Below, piece by piece: positions 20,423 to 34,220 of a DNA stretch of 48,393 nucleotides. Below the pieces are notes generated by a model. It saw only the letters and a program-made list of their open reading frames with translations. It ran no database searches and was not told the origin of the DNA. The position numbers and the translations under genes are program-made. Every line of letters begins with the position of its first letter. The first letter of the stretch is position 1. The DNA is from Klebsormidium nitens (taxonomy: Eukaryota > Plantae > Klebsormidiophyceae). Where the stretch lies: the NCBI GenBank assembly GCA_000708835.1, contig DF236974.1, forward strand, positions 1 through 48,393. Reading direction: 5' to 3'.

Positions 20423-23400
20423 ATGGCGGAAAGCAAAGAAAAGCACGAGAGCGGCTTGCTCGCCCCTACATCGTACGACAAAGAGCCCCCTAGGGACCCG
20501 TCCCTGATCATAAACTCCAAGGTACGTTTTTGTCTGCCAGTGACCAATTGTGTTTCAAATCTGTTTGAGCTTCGTTGGTGGTGATATGCACCTGATTCTG
20601 CAAGGCCGTTAAGGACAATGCAGTATGAAATCTTCGTGTTCCTTAGAAGCCTGTCAGTGAATCACACAAGATGGAGAAGATGTGGTATTAGGGTTCACTT
20701 GGAACCCTAATGTGGGATCACCTTTGCTGAACGTGTTTGACAAGTTTCTAAAGCTCATGCAGAATGCGGCACGCCAGAGATCCATTTGAACCAGCAAACC
20801 TGGTAGTCCCAAAAACAGATTCTGGTTGCTTGCAGACCCCATTCAATGCAGAGCCGCCCGTGGGGGCCCTGGCGCAGTCATTTATCACACCTACCCCGCA
20901 CTTCTACAAGAGAAACCACGGGCCCATTCCCATCTTGGAAAATGAGGAGGAGTGAGCAGCTGCATGCCTCTTTGGAAACTCCATCGCTGGTCCCATTCTG
21001 CTCTGCCAACTGCCTGCAGCTCGCAGAAGGCCTCGTTGATGCTAAATAATGATGGACGGTTGCCAAGTGCAGCTCAGCTCCCAATGGTCTCACCATGAGC
21101 TGTTTTTCTTGGGGAAGGCAGCGTGTTTGCGCTGGAATCTGACTATTCCACAGCTGGAATCTCAATGCCTGCGGTGCTCGGCGTCACAGCTGGTTCGAAG
21201 CAACACAATGCAGAGCATGGGGATGTTGCCGTCAAGACAGGTGGCCGGCGTGTGGCCCACGAGTCTGCACAAGATAGTCCATCATTCTTGTTGTTAAACC
21301 AACCCCGCTCTACGGCGCAGGTATCGGCTCACGATTGATGGCCTGCTGCCGCACCCAATCAAGCTGACCCTCGCACAGCTCAAAAGCTTGGGGAAGGAAG
21401 TCGTGGTGGCTTCGCTCATGGTAAGTAACTTTTCTGTTGGCGGTATCCGTTGGCTGGCACTCTAAATTGGCTATACTCCCAGTCACAAGATTGCTACCGA
21501 GCATCTCGAAGCTTTGCGGTGGGCAGGCTCGACTGGCAACCCGGACTTGCGGCTTGAATCTGCCGTTGCAAGGCACTTTCGGCCCAGACTAAAAGATTCC
21601 TCACTTGGAACTGCGACATAGGTACCCCTGAACTTACTTGGGCACACTTTGTGAGTCGCATAGATTTGCTGCCGGCTCTCCTGCCCAAATGAAGTTCGAC
21701 TGGAGTCGATATCACCTGTGCTGAACAGGTATCTTTTGTTTTTCCCTCCTGATACAAATCCGTTTCCTGTTACTGCAGTGTGCAGGGAACCGCCGCACCG
21801 AGATGAGCAGACTGAAGGCTGTGCGAGGGGTTGGGTGGGGCCCAGCGGCGGTTGGGAACGCTGTATGGGGTGGAGTGCCTCTGAGCCGGGTCCTGCAGCT
21901 GGCAGGGGTCTCGCAGGGGGCTTGGGAGACGCACTCGGGGGGCCGCCACGTGGAGTTCGTCAGCGTGGACAGGTGTAAAGTGAGGGACTCGTCGACTATC
22001 GCCTCGCTTCATCTGAACCCTTCGGTCCTTTCATCGATGGTTAGTATGGTGTTGGAAAGCAGTCCAACAAATACTTGCGGATGAAACAGCTTGACCACCC
22101 CCGGGCGGCCTGACGTTCTCTGGATTTGGTGAGTAACGACGATGCTAGGCATGCGAGCATTGCAGCGGCACTTAATCAACCTAGGCCTCGGCCCGGTGTT
22201 GCATGACGTCTTTCTTACTGCACCTCTCTCTCCCACTTCTCATCACCCCCCCTCCCCCTTCCTCCGATCCCATCGTTCACCACACCGGAGCTTGTCTTTC
22301 TTTTCTGGTTCCTCCACCCTTCAAGCTCACACTCTCCCCTTCCTTTTCCCCTTTCTCACTTGGGCTCTCCCCCCCTCTTCGCAGGAAGAGAAGGGTGGCC
22401 CGTACCGTGCGTCCATCCCCCTGCACATGGCCACGTGTCCCGACCAGGAGGTGCTGCTCGCTTACGAGATGAACGGGGAGCCTTTGCCTCGCGACCACGG
22501 TTGCCCGCTGCGCGCGGTGGTGCCAGGTGTCATCGGGGCGCGCTCCGTCAAGTGGCTGGACAGGATCAACATCCTGGCGGATGAGTGCCAGGTAGGCAGG
22601 GAAATGTGGCTTGACGCGTTGTGCATTGGGCAAATCCCCCACCAAAAAGGGCTGGTTTTCCGATTTCGCGGTTCACTTAGCGCGGTGTCATGCATCGTTC
22701 CAGCAAGAGGGGTTTGGGAGGCTGTTCTTTTTATGACCCTGCGTAGAGGCAACTTCAGGCTCTGGAGGAACTTTCCAAGAGTCTACGGACTGGGATGCAT
22801 GTTCCAGAGGAGTCTTGCAGACTCTCCTCCTTCCAGTCTACAGCCGCCAGAAAGCGAGCACCCGCCTTCAAGTCCAGTCAATGAACAAACGAATCAGGTA
22901 AAATGGACACAAGCCTCACCGAAATCGTTGCGCATGGCTGGCAGGGCTTCTTCCAGCAGCTCGACTACAAGATGTTCCCGCCCTGGGTCGACTGGGACAA
23001 CGTCAACTGGAGCTCGCGCAGTTCCATCCAGGACTTTCCCGTTCAGGTGCGTCTGCATGTGGTTGTTTGTGCGAAGACTCACGCTGCTGCAAGCTGGTCT
23101 CGGTGTTGTGCTTCTTCTCGACGTGGGTGCTGAGGAGCTCGCTTTCTTAGCGCTGCCACAGCTTGTGAAAGGATTCTTCCGAGGGCATTGCCTTGGTAAG
23201 GTGGTTTTCGGGCTTCGAGTCCCAGTTCCCCGGGTTTGGATGATCCCCGTAGTGATCTATAGGCTCAGTGAGACGCCCGGTGATTTTTGTGGCTTGAGCC
23301 CGCAGTTAAACTCCTGCCACGTGTCTTGTGTACAGCTGGCGGTGTGCTCGCCGACCTCCAAAGACAGCATCGCGCCCGGTAGCAAGGTAAGTTGAAAAAG

Positions 23401-24835
23401 GCGTTCGTGCTATGATCCTTTGCGGATATTATCTGGACCGATATAGTACGATTACAGACGCGGATGTTGGCTTTACCTGTGGCGATTCAACTGGCCTGAT
23501 AGATTACTCTGGCGAAGCTAGATTGATCTGTATCTCTACTTGGCCCCATACCGATGGGGACTGCCATGCGAAAACCCTGATGTTTCAACAATGTTGTGGT
23601 TTCCTTCTGTCAGCATTGAGGAAATGTTTGCACGAACTTTGGGCACTTGATAGAGTTTTGTGTCAGATCGGCCATCGACGCAGCGCACCTTTCTGAGGGC
23701 CGTTTGGAAGGCTGGACGATCAATCGTCCGGACATTCGCCACTCGCAAACTACTCCGACATCCTGATTGACGACGGTGTGCCCACTCTAGTAAGATAGGA
23801 CCAACCGGCCTGCGTGTCATTCAGCTCCTTCATTCAACCTAGACAGGACACCTCTCACAGTCTCACTCATACGCTATCGACTGCTTCAGGTCACTGTGAA
23901 AGGGTATGCCTTGTCGGGGGGCGGTCGGAAGATCGAACGAGTGGACGTGTCGGTCGACGGGGGTGCCACGTGGGCGGAGGCGCAGCGGCTGCCGCAAGAG
24001 GGGACTCACGGACGCTGGGCTTGGACCCTCTGGAGCCTGTCTGCAATCGTAAATCCGCCGTGCCAAATCATCGCGAAATGTGTAAGTGGAACTTCTGATA
24101 ACGGGCCACTGCTTTTCTGAGGACCGTGAGCTGGGTCGGACATCAGCACTGCCAAATGGTTCCAGAATGTTCCTACGACTTCAGCGGTTGGTTTCCGAAA
24201 GTGGAAGCTGGAAGTTGTTCTGCCTTCGTACCCCTGCCTTACCAGATCGTACCCTGCTTTACCAGATCCTCACCAGATCCTCGTGAGATGCGTAAAAGCC
24301 AAGGTTTTGGCGCGATCCTTGAACATCTTTGATGACAAATATTTGCGCGGACGAGTGGTGTTCAGAGTTGGCCTTCCTGAGACTGGTGACTGCTTTCGGG
24401 ACTCTAAGCTACATGGGATTCGTGCTTCGCTGTTGCTCCGATATCTGAGGCAGCACGCGCGAACGGTATTATTGCTACAGAGTCGGCTTATCCCGAGGCA
24501 TTGAACGAAGATGTCAAGTGGTACTTGCGTTGAACGAAGATGTCAAATGGTACTTGTTGAGTTAACGTGCAATGGTTCAGGGTTTGTGTGGATGGATTGC
24601 TGGAGTGCTTGTTTCCTGTCCCGTGTGGTTCGAGCACAAAGGCCAAGGCTGCCGGTGGTTTGACCCTTGAGGTGTCCAGATGCTGTCATTCTCAAAGCAA
24701 CTAATCCTTCGTTTGCAGGTAGACGTAGCTTCCAATACGCAACCAGAACGGGTCGAGACGATCTGGAACTTGAGGGGCGTGCTGAACAACTCGTGGTTTA
24801 GGGTAGACATTGAGCCGCCCAAGGCGCGGCTTTAA
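20423..24835 (+). CDS. SOX: Plant-type sulfite oxidase (Moco domain and dimerisation domain, no heme domain), ~9 exons
   Basis: PFNAEPP...[16 protein letters not shown] (Moco Cys), [68 protein letters not shown]-terminal ARL* resembles a PTS1. Confidence 0.95.
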
Positions 24836-25988
24836 GCAGCATTGCCATTATTAAAACTCCAACACTAAGGATTCCACTGAGCCCTTGAACTTTGAGACTG
24901 AATTCTTGGCCTCCTTCGTCTGTACATACGCTTCCCGGTCCTCCGATGATAATTTTGGAGTTAGTGTATGGAGACTCAAGGAGTGCTTAACAGTCAAATG
25001 TGTAGACTGGTCAGTTATTAAGCTCAGACGGCCTAGACCGTCACTCATCAGCCTTCCGGCCGATAGCGATTAAGAAGGCTTGTTCTTTTGACCGCTTATC
25101 TTAAGAATCGCAAGGACGTACTTCAAGGACTTCCGATCCTGCGAGCAAGGGCAAAGATTGTCATTCGGTGATTAAGAGGGTCTATCGGAGCTTCGTGCGA
25201 TCGGTAGAAGAATCGCCACTATAGGAATCATGCATGCCGTATGCAATCGCATCAATCAATATCAAGGTAGTTTATAAGTCGACCTGCTGCGCCACCATGT
25301 CAGTGTCCGTATAACTTGCAAGTTGCACATACATATGCGCTTTAATTGAGGTCGCCGAAGAACTTGGAAGCTCTTGGATACATAAATTTTTGTTGCAAGA
25401 CCGTCACTGGAGTGCGCATTTAAGAATTTTATGTAGCGCCATCATTGCCTAGCATGCGGGCTGCCGCTGCGGCAACTGCAATGTTAGTAAGACCGTCATG
25501 CGTTGATTCAGCATACGAGTTGATCCATGATTTGCAGAGGAGCTTACGGTGCATAAGTTTAGCAGATCTTTCAACTGCCAACTTGGTACGGTAAAATTTG
25601 CCACTGAGCTTTAATCATGCCGGCATGTGAATTTGTATACGTCTAGCCTAGATCCTGCAAGCGATTCATATGTCACTCGGTGTGCATTAGAATTTGCAAG
25701 TCGTAGCTTGTCACCTACCTGAAAATGAGCAATCAAGCGACAAACCTATACATACGTGCGAATTCAACTTGCAGCACTTTTGAAGACCATGTCTCATGAT
25801 TGCGCGCCATCTTGTCCGCCTAGCTTGTCAACCGGCTAGAATACTTTCGCTAATTTCCACTTCGATCAACAAAACTTAGTCAAATTTGGGGGGGGGGACT
25901 ATCTTATCTCTCCGCTTCATTTCATCTATTTTCATTCCAGACTCTGCTAAGATCACAATAATGGTCAAGAGCACAACGAGCTTGCCGT

Positions 25989-28900
25989 TTACCAGGCCGT
26001 ATCAAATGCTTGAGCATCAACGAGGTTGAGCCCGAAGGCAGCAAAGGTAAGGCTCTGAAGGATCAAGAAGACCGAGTACTGCCAGCGGCTCTCCACAAAG
26101 ATGCCGTAGATCGCGGATCCGAAGATGAAGATGGCAATGCAGATTTCGCGCTTGTACACCCTGCATAGCAAGAGAGAAAACACTTTGGTCTTCCTTGAAT
26201 GTGAGACTTCACAGGGCTGACGGAAGAAGTTGATTCGGCGTGATGCTTCAGACAGGTTGTAGTCCAGCTTTGGGCTGCAAAGCTTTGCATCAACCATGGT
26301 CGCTCGACCGTATATCCGTCAAAAATCTGAGGTTTTAGTCGAAACGTTGAAAGACTCACTTGCGACGTGGTTTCTTGACGGGTGCCTTCGGGAGCGGCTG
26401 GATCTTGTTGCCGGTGTGGCTAATTGCAACAGGGTGAACCAGGGGCAAAGTAGTGGTGACGGTGCCGTTGTGCTGGATCCACAAGGGGTCGCCGGGCTTC
26501 GTCTTCTTGATCAACGGCTTGTCAGCAACCCACTTGCCAAGCTTCGTTGTGACGACCCAACTATGAGAAGATCGAAGGTCCAGAAGGCCGGAGATCATCG
26601 CAGACAGCTTGACGATGGACATGGCGTTCTCGAAGAGGACGAATGGAATTACGTAGTGCCAGGACCTGCCACAGAGATTAGGCGCGAGGGATCTTCGGAT
26701 TGCTTCGGTGTTTGCGCAAAGTCATACCCTTTTCTCACCCTCTATCTCTTGACCAGGGCGGATCAAAGCTTAAGCTGCTTGATTACAAGCACACGTTATT
26801 CCGCAAGGAGACAGCAGGGTGTAATGGTCAAAAGCTCTGAGGCTACGTTGAGCGCTTGCACCTTATGCTGCAAGAGCCTGACCACATACCATGGAGTGAA
26901 GATCACCGTCGAGATCGTCACAAGAACGGGAACGTAAACCAGTGCCCAGAAAGGAATCGATACCTCCGGAGCAAGAATGCAGATGGGAACCTGCAAGCGA
27001 ATAAGATGCATAAGAAGCATTCTTGTGTAGGATGCTCTGTCACCTTCGTGGGACTGTGAGGAGTGTTTCTCAATACACGAGGAAGTGGGCTTTGCTTCGA
27101 CTTCTCTCGACATATCAGACCTTTGAACTTTAACAGTACAACAAGTACATTCAATTCTGGTCCACGTGTCTGTCCTGTACATCCGGCCAGAGCTCGAAAG
27201 CCAAAGAAAGGCTCACCAGTGTGCAGTAGAAGACGAATGAAACAATGTGCGTTGCAAATAGGCGCGTGCCGAAGAAGAAGAAGTTCAGGTAGATCTTTTG
27301 TAGGAGCGGAATCTGCAAAGCAAAGGCCGCTTTGAGGGGTTTGTAAAGCAATTAATGAGACGAACGCAGTAATCCCGAAAAGATTCCGACAAGGCAATGA
27401 TTTGGACCCCGTTCCTGTGATCATTCGAAGGAAACCTGACTTACGTTCGAGGCCCAGACTGCCGCCATCGCTTTTCTCCATAGTTGCATAGGACCACAGC
27501 TCCAACGATGCTGTTGGGAGCGGAACGCAGCGTACGAGGATGGAATCTCGTTCAGGCACTGCAGTGACAAAGGACGATCAGATTGGATAAAATTCAAGCC
27601 TTGCATGAAAATATCTGTATCATACAAGCCTTGTTGCAGCATTAAAAATCGGATTTCCAAATGCTCAGGTAGGTCGAGGAAAGAAAATTCCGAAAAGTTG
27701 TCCCCCTACTTCAGAAGTATTCGTGGATTGACCTAGTAAAATAGAGATGCTCACCACGACATCGTTCAGAAAGATAAATCTCCACCCCCTCAAGTATGCA
27801 CGTAACGATAGGTCCATGTCCTCCACGGTTGTTCTGTTGTTCCAGCCTCCTGCGTCTTCCATGGCTTCGCGGCGCCAAACGCCAGCAGTGCCTTCAGGAA
27901 GCGACATAACAAAACGGGGCCTCAGGTCCAAATATCTAGATGGCTCGAATTATCTATCTTTTCTCATGTTCCACCGATGCAGTATATGCACCAGAGTGTA
28001 ATTCATGGCCAGAATGTCTCAATCAATTCTCGACAATCAATTCTCGACAAACTCACCGTTGAAGTTGAAAAAATTGCCTGTGGAGAACCTTGCAAATTGC
28101 TCGCACTTGATGTGATAGTTCAGGGAGATTTCTTGGATCCTGGTGAGAACGGTCTCAGTTGCATTTGCGAATGTCCAGCGGGCTTGGACGAATGCCACTC
28201 TTGGATTATCCTGTAAAGGAGATGGAAGCTTGAAGGTTTGTGTAAGAAAATTCCAGACGAAGAAAAGTTACATGCTGAAGCGGAGATGAGAAGAATCGTC
28301 TTTTGCCAATCAGCAAGCATCAGCACACACTTGTCGGCTACAAGTAACTCGATGAATTCTCTTGAGCAAGCCTTCAGACTGGTTGCATGAAGCAGCACTC
28401 AGATAGCCAAAAAGTTCTCCCGCCTGATCCATGCTGCAAAATCTTCAAGCAAATAAATGAACTTACCACCAGATACGGGACAGTCTTCCTAAGAAAGTTC
28501 GACTCGGGCTTGAAGTCGGCATCAAAGATAGCGATGAAATCGTGATCCTTGACGGAATCTTCAGCCTGCAGGAAAATTGGCGCGTCATTCTTCGATGAAA
28601 AACCGACCTGATGTGCCCTGCTTCATTTTTCACATCGATCCTGTAAGGATAATCGCATGTGCATTGCTGCTTTGTCCCCAGGTACAAAATAGGTAAGCTG
28701 AATGGGCAAGATTCTAATTCTGCTTTGGACAGTTGAACTTACCTCCATCATAGCCCCTGCTTTGAACCCCTTCCTGTTGGATCTCCATCGGTTCTCGATG
28801 TTGATACCGTTGGCCTTCCATTCATTTACCTTGTTACACACGCGTTGACGTGTGATAGGGCATGTTGAATCATCAAGGATTTGAATCTTGAGCCGGTCGC

Positions 28901-29372
28901 GAGGCCAGTCTAAGTCACAACACGCGTCGATGACTTGCTCACAAACCTCCTTCTCGTTGAACATGGGTATCTGCACAACGACCTTCGGAAAACACTTGCT
29001 GTTCTTCTCGAGATCAGGTAGAGGCGTAGCACTGAATTCATCTTCAGGTTTGGTCCTCAGGATCTTCCAGTACAGAGTGACATAGAAGTGGAAAAGTCGA
29101 TCAGCTGCCACCAAGGACGAAAGGAAGGCGCTCACTCCCACCATGATCTGAAGTACTGGAGATATGAAACTGATTCGGACATCCCTCAGCAACTTTGCCA
29201 GGAATGACAACTCGGATCGAAGGCGTTCCTCCTGTTCGCTTAAAAGAACCTCGTTTCTTGGCCAAAAGGCCAGCATATGCTGCAAAGACGGCTGGAGCTG
29301 GACGCACAAGATCGCGAGACAAACGAACACTATAACAAAGACAGGAGTGGAGAAGCAGCCCCGAAAAGCCAT
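25989..29372 (-). CDS. Cellulose synthase-like GT2 (CSLA/CSLK-like, putative mannan synthase), ~8 exons
   Basis: [64 protein letters not shown], plus C-terminal transmembrane segments. Confidence 0.92.
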
Positions 29373-31388
29373 CCTGCTCAGTGCCTGGAAGTTGGAATTT
29401 CAGCAATCGCAAAGTTGGGAGCAGACTGCTTCGATGTCTTCAGGATTGTCCTCAAGCTGGCACACCTTCCGATATGGCAGCATCTCGGAGCTTCTATTTG
29501 AGAGGATGATCCTAATTGAGGTACGAAAGCAGGATTTTCGAAAAAGCGCTTTGCTGCTAAAGTTGCGCAACAAGACCCGTCGAGGGAGACATTATGAACG
29601 GGAAAAGCTATACGGCATGAGCCAAAGGTGAAGGCCGGCCTGCGGCTCAAGTCTTGCCTTCAGATCTGAGCTTCGAAGATTGGAGCGCAGTACTTCACCT
29701 CTTATCTGTTGCTGTTCACAAGCTGTTGTGAGATTTGAAGCGACAAGTCTTGGAAGGTGAGATTCTAAGATTAAGGTCTCGGCAGGCAGACCCATAGGGA
29801 AATGCATAGTTCGAGCCAAGTTGAAGTGGGGGCTGCACTAATTCTCAGAGGCTTGCAGGTCAAGGCGGCTGGCAAAACTTTGACGACCCGCCGAAAGTTA
29901 GGATCTTAGCTGAACTTAGCTGGACCGTCCGATTCAGAAGTGGATAGGCTGCCTGCCACTTGGACGCATCTAAACCGTTGATTGTGAAGCTGGGGGATCT
30001 ACTGGGATTGAACCGAGGACTTGCACTTTGGATCCAACACGAAAAGGTCAAGAAGCATATCATCATCGAGGTGCATGCGACTGCGCGCGCAGAGTGGAAC
30101 CCGTCTAGGGTCAGAAACTTCAAACATTGTCCAAAAAGGAGAAGCCTGAGCATGCATCCGTACCTGCATACGGTAGATCAGCTGCTAGGCTTCTCAGTGC
30201 TATGCCCGTTGACTTGTCATGATGGAAGACTCGAATTGGCCGTCATCGTTCAGTATATTAAGCTCGAACGACTCCAGAATCTGTACATTACTTCATATCA
30301 ACCTCGCGCAACTGCGCAGCGCGTATCGTTGGAGCACTCATCAGGGGTTGTAGGCGAATGTCCTCCAGTAGAGATCCTACAATCAGATGACATTCCCCAT
30401 GATCGGCTCCTGAGGTCAGTACGCTGGCAGTCTTATATCAATTGTGTATAGACCAATGGGAGCTGGCGTAGGCTCTTTTAGCACTATTTGCAGATTGCAT
30501 CAATCTGGTTTTTGAACCTGCACGTGTCACGGTTTTGTCACGCATATGATGATATGCTGCCAACGTTTACGCATGAGGCCGCATCATCCGTGTAGCAAAG
30601 ATACTCGACACTAATTGTTAAGATAGTTAAGCATGCTTCGATCACTGCACTACGCCCGCCCATGAGTTGTATTCACTCCTGAGCCCTACACGGCCAGCAT
30701 CTGTATAGTTGCATGCTCCGATTCGCGATGACCGTCTCTGACAGAGTGGCAAACCGTCCTGGTTCGCAAGCCCATGAGAGCTCCTGCAGTATATGTTTGT
30801 CGAGATACATCCGATTGAACCGCGATATGAACCGTCTTGACTTCATCTAGAAGTCAGTTTATCTGGCATTGATGCTTATCAGATGCCACATACGCAGCCT
30901 TTCAACGAATCACCCTGCAGATCTGAATGCAGCTAGCCTCAACCACGACGGTGTTCCTGTTGACGTACGCCGTGGATTGTTCTTAGGCCCAATTCATAGC
31001 ATGGGCCGGCCAAGCTGATAGTCAACAGTTGTCCAGAGCTATAGCTAAGGAGGACACCGCCAGTTCGATACTTCCTCTCTACAATGTGTTCCTCTCGATT
31101 ACACTCGTCGACAGGCATCGACCTAGAGTTCTTTGAGGATAAATTAGCAATGTCAAGCAGCGCGCGGGCAATCAGCTATGTGTCCTCGTTTCTATGATAC
31201 GGGTAAGCTACCTTCTCAACACCAGATTGTGCCGTGTCAATCAATGAGCCTAGACTTTCCTAGAGTGTGCAAAACTGTACAGCAGTAACACCTTTTACGA
31301 CCATAGACAATAATAGCGTAATGCTACGATGCTTAAGGCGGATTTTCGCAGTGAGACTGATCGAAGACGTATGCATGCTCATCAAACG

Positions 31389-33572
31389 TCAAGAAGCTTC
31401 AAGGACGTTCGACTCTATGCATTGCCGCTCAAGCTCTTTCAACCTCCGTTGAACTTTCTTTACAAGACTCGAATCCATGGTAGCTGCCTTCCTATACGTG
31501 GCGGCCGCACCCTGGATGTCCCCCAACTTGGTGAGAGCTTCTGCCTGCACAATATGAGACGGCAGTAGATGGTCGAAAACTAACTCTTAGTCTTGGTTAG
31601 ACATGGACTAGGTGCTTCAACCAGCAGCAGCAAACTCCATTGCAAATATCACTTCACGAATCTGTAAGTCAGAACCTAGCACAACAGGTGCGAGCAAGTA
31701 CAGAGCGGTTGCCTCAATCATGCTGAAGACGAGAAGACAGGCAACAAGCAACAAGTCAAGCTACAGCTATTGCTTACCTGTCGCATGACTGCCCCTGCCC
31801 AATCTGGTGCCTCTTTTGCGGCGCTCTGGGCATCTTCTAGCGACCCTTGGAAATTACCAAGGGCGACCCTTGCTGCTGATCTATTAGCGTAGAGGAGGTG
31901 CAAACCTCCAGAAGGTCGCAAACCGATAGCTTCGGTGTATAGCTCCTCCGCTCGCTGTGGATTGCCTCCCTCAAACGCAGAGTTGCCCTGGTATTTGAGC
32001 TGCTCGGCAGAGAAAATAAAGCGTTTGGAAATGATTGAAGGCCAGACGTCGTTCCAATATACTAGTAAAAAAAGATCAGCCGTTCTTGGTAGCCACGACG
32101 AACAATAGCTACTGTTCGATCGTAACGACCCACATGATGTCGCTGGTTGCGGTCACCAACTCAAATACAAAAGAAATGAGAGTCTTCCAGCTTAAGTGCA
32201 GGTTGAGGAGCCTGAGTCAAAGCTTACGTTGAGTGCTTTGAGATTGGTTTCTGGATCAGGGGCACCACACTGCAATGCTAAAAGCCGTGCAACCTGCAAA
32301 AGGGGACAAACGTCAGCTCGTCAAAGATGGTTTTGGGGCTCCATGCACCAAAGAAAGGAAGAGCATCAAAGGAACACGATCTGGACCGTCGCAGGAAAGT
32401 AGGCAGACTAAAAGATGGGGAGAAGATTCTTCTATCGGAGGGGGAACTCACATGACTAGCAGTGTTGCAGTGACTGATGATGAGCTCGCTTGGAAGCATA
32501 ACCAGATTTGGTCCATTTCCACACTTTCCTGCAACCACAGCGACGATGTCAGCCCCTGGACAAGGAAAATCCTAAGCTGTCACGCCCAGTAAGGAGAATA
32601 CTGCACAAACAAGAACTTTGAAGAAGCATGGCAAATATGCCTGAAAACTTTGTTCCACTCACCTATGCATCCTGTGGTGTCGATTTTGACCCCCGGCGGA
32701 GCCAAGTCCCGAAAATATTGAACAGTCTGCACGGGAGCAGAAAACGAGTTGATTTGACATAATGTTCTGTCAGCAACACAGCCAAAACGTCTCCCAAAGC
32801 CCAATCCTTTGACCAGCTTGAGCAATGAATTTGACTGATAAACTCCAACTCAAGAGGAGAATCCAAGCATCTCAATCAGACATCTGATACAAAGTAATCA
32901 ACGCACCTGCCAACAAGATCATCATAGCCCCCCTTCTCTAAAATTGAGGTATCCAAGCAGAGCAGGGAGAACTTTTTCTGACAGGCTTGTCATACTCTGA
33001 CAGGAACTCGGATCACCGCAAGGATGAATTTAAGTACGGTAAGATGATGCCGTTAAGTTTGCAACACAAAGCACCACCTTAGTAAGGCAAACAGATACTT
33101 TCAGAATAATCAGCAAGGGGTGAAGGGGGCTTACCTGCAGGGACCCATCTTTTCTGCAGGTCCTGTTTGTACAGATCAGAATCTCTGTGTTGTTGACCTG
33201 CACACCACCCCCAATCAGACCCAAAGTTATCAGGTGGGCATCAACAGAGAATCCCAGTTCAGCTCTGCTCAATACATATGTTATCATGCTAGGCAGAAGT
33301 TGCGCAACATAGAGAACCGGAGCTGCCATATGTTGCACAACCTTATCCATCATCAGCACCCAGAGTTTGAGGAAGAAGCACACCTCGTCGACTCCATGAC
33401 ATCGGATGCCCGCCCACCCTCTACCTTGGGAACGCCTCAGACCTGAAATCGAGACCCCAGGAAGTCTTCTATAAACGTAGTGATTCTCATGACACCGACG
33501 GTACGAGCCAGCATTGATCCAGCTCTGCGAGAAGCGGGCATTTAAACGCACTGAAGATTTGACCACCTCCAT
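31389..33572 (-). CDS. Thioredoxin-like [2Fe-2S] ferredoxin domain plus TPR protein, probably plastid-targeted
   Basis: Exons give ILICTNRTCRKDGS, GCIGKCGNGPNLVMLP, and TPR-like AEELYTEAIGL...LYANRSAARVALGNFQGSLEDA and AEALTKLGDIQGAAATYRKA. The start codon is tentative. Confidence 0.75.
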
Positions 33573-34220
33573 GCCTATGCCCTGGCCAATCAGTTTCTAA
33601 AGGCGCCTTTCAAGTACTATGTTGTGTTGTCTCTTTTTCTGAGTTCGCCAAGCAGGCAACGCAACGGCTTCTCTTCACAGAAGCTGCTCTTGGCGATCTT
33701 GTTCCTTGTCCCAGCAAGTTTATGCATGCAGCAGCGCTAGCATTCGCCACCATGGCTGGCATGCAGAACCACCAAAGAGTGCGCGCCTGAGTCCTGTGTT
33801 TTAGGGTTTCACTTTTAGGGTTTATCCTGACCTGAGTAGCAGTCCGGCTGAGGCTTTTCTGGTGTCTAACTTCCTCTCGCTCCGAGGCAAGAAAAGGTGC
33901 CAACTCCTACACTGCCATGGTAGACTGCAACTCCAACCGGTGCGAGGTCCTGGATTTGCACCGAAGCAGATTAGACTTTCAGAGACGAGAATCAGCTGAG
34001 TACCTAGCTAGGGCTTTCAAGTTAACTTTCAAGTTATGTACATACCTTTCAGGTACAGCGCTAACTTAAATCGAAAAGGAGGAAAGCTTCAAAATTTTCA
34101 AGTCAGGAACGGGGGGAAGAGGAGGGCCACTACGGTATTTTGCAGCTTAGCGCCCAGTCAAAGACTTTAGACAGTCCAAGGGGCCAGCGCCACATTGCAT
34201 TGAAGTCATCGGTTCTGACC

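Noticed and set aside
21494-21513. Palindrome-like GCTACCGAGCATCTCGAAGC in a sulfite oxidase intron
   Set aside because: Only one arm matches well and it is a single copy, so chance cannot be excluded.
24501-24557. 29-bp tandem duplication in a SOX intron; other short duplications at ~19407-19433 and ~28021-28048
   Set aside because: Ordinary local slippage duplications with no further structure.
25080-25900. Possible degenerate leucine-rich-repeat or TE relic between SOX and the CSL gene; similar impression at 29700-31300
   Set aside because: No sustained frame or recognisable motif could be supported.
33800-33825. TTAGGG-like motifs near the ferredoxin/TPR start; similar at ~42670
   Set aside because: Isolated one or two units, compatible with common teloboxes or chance.
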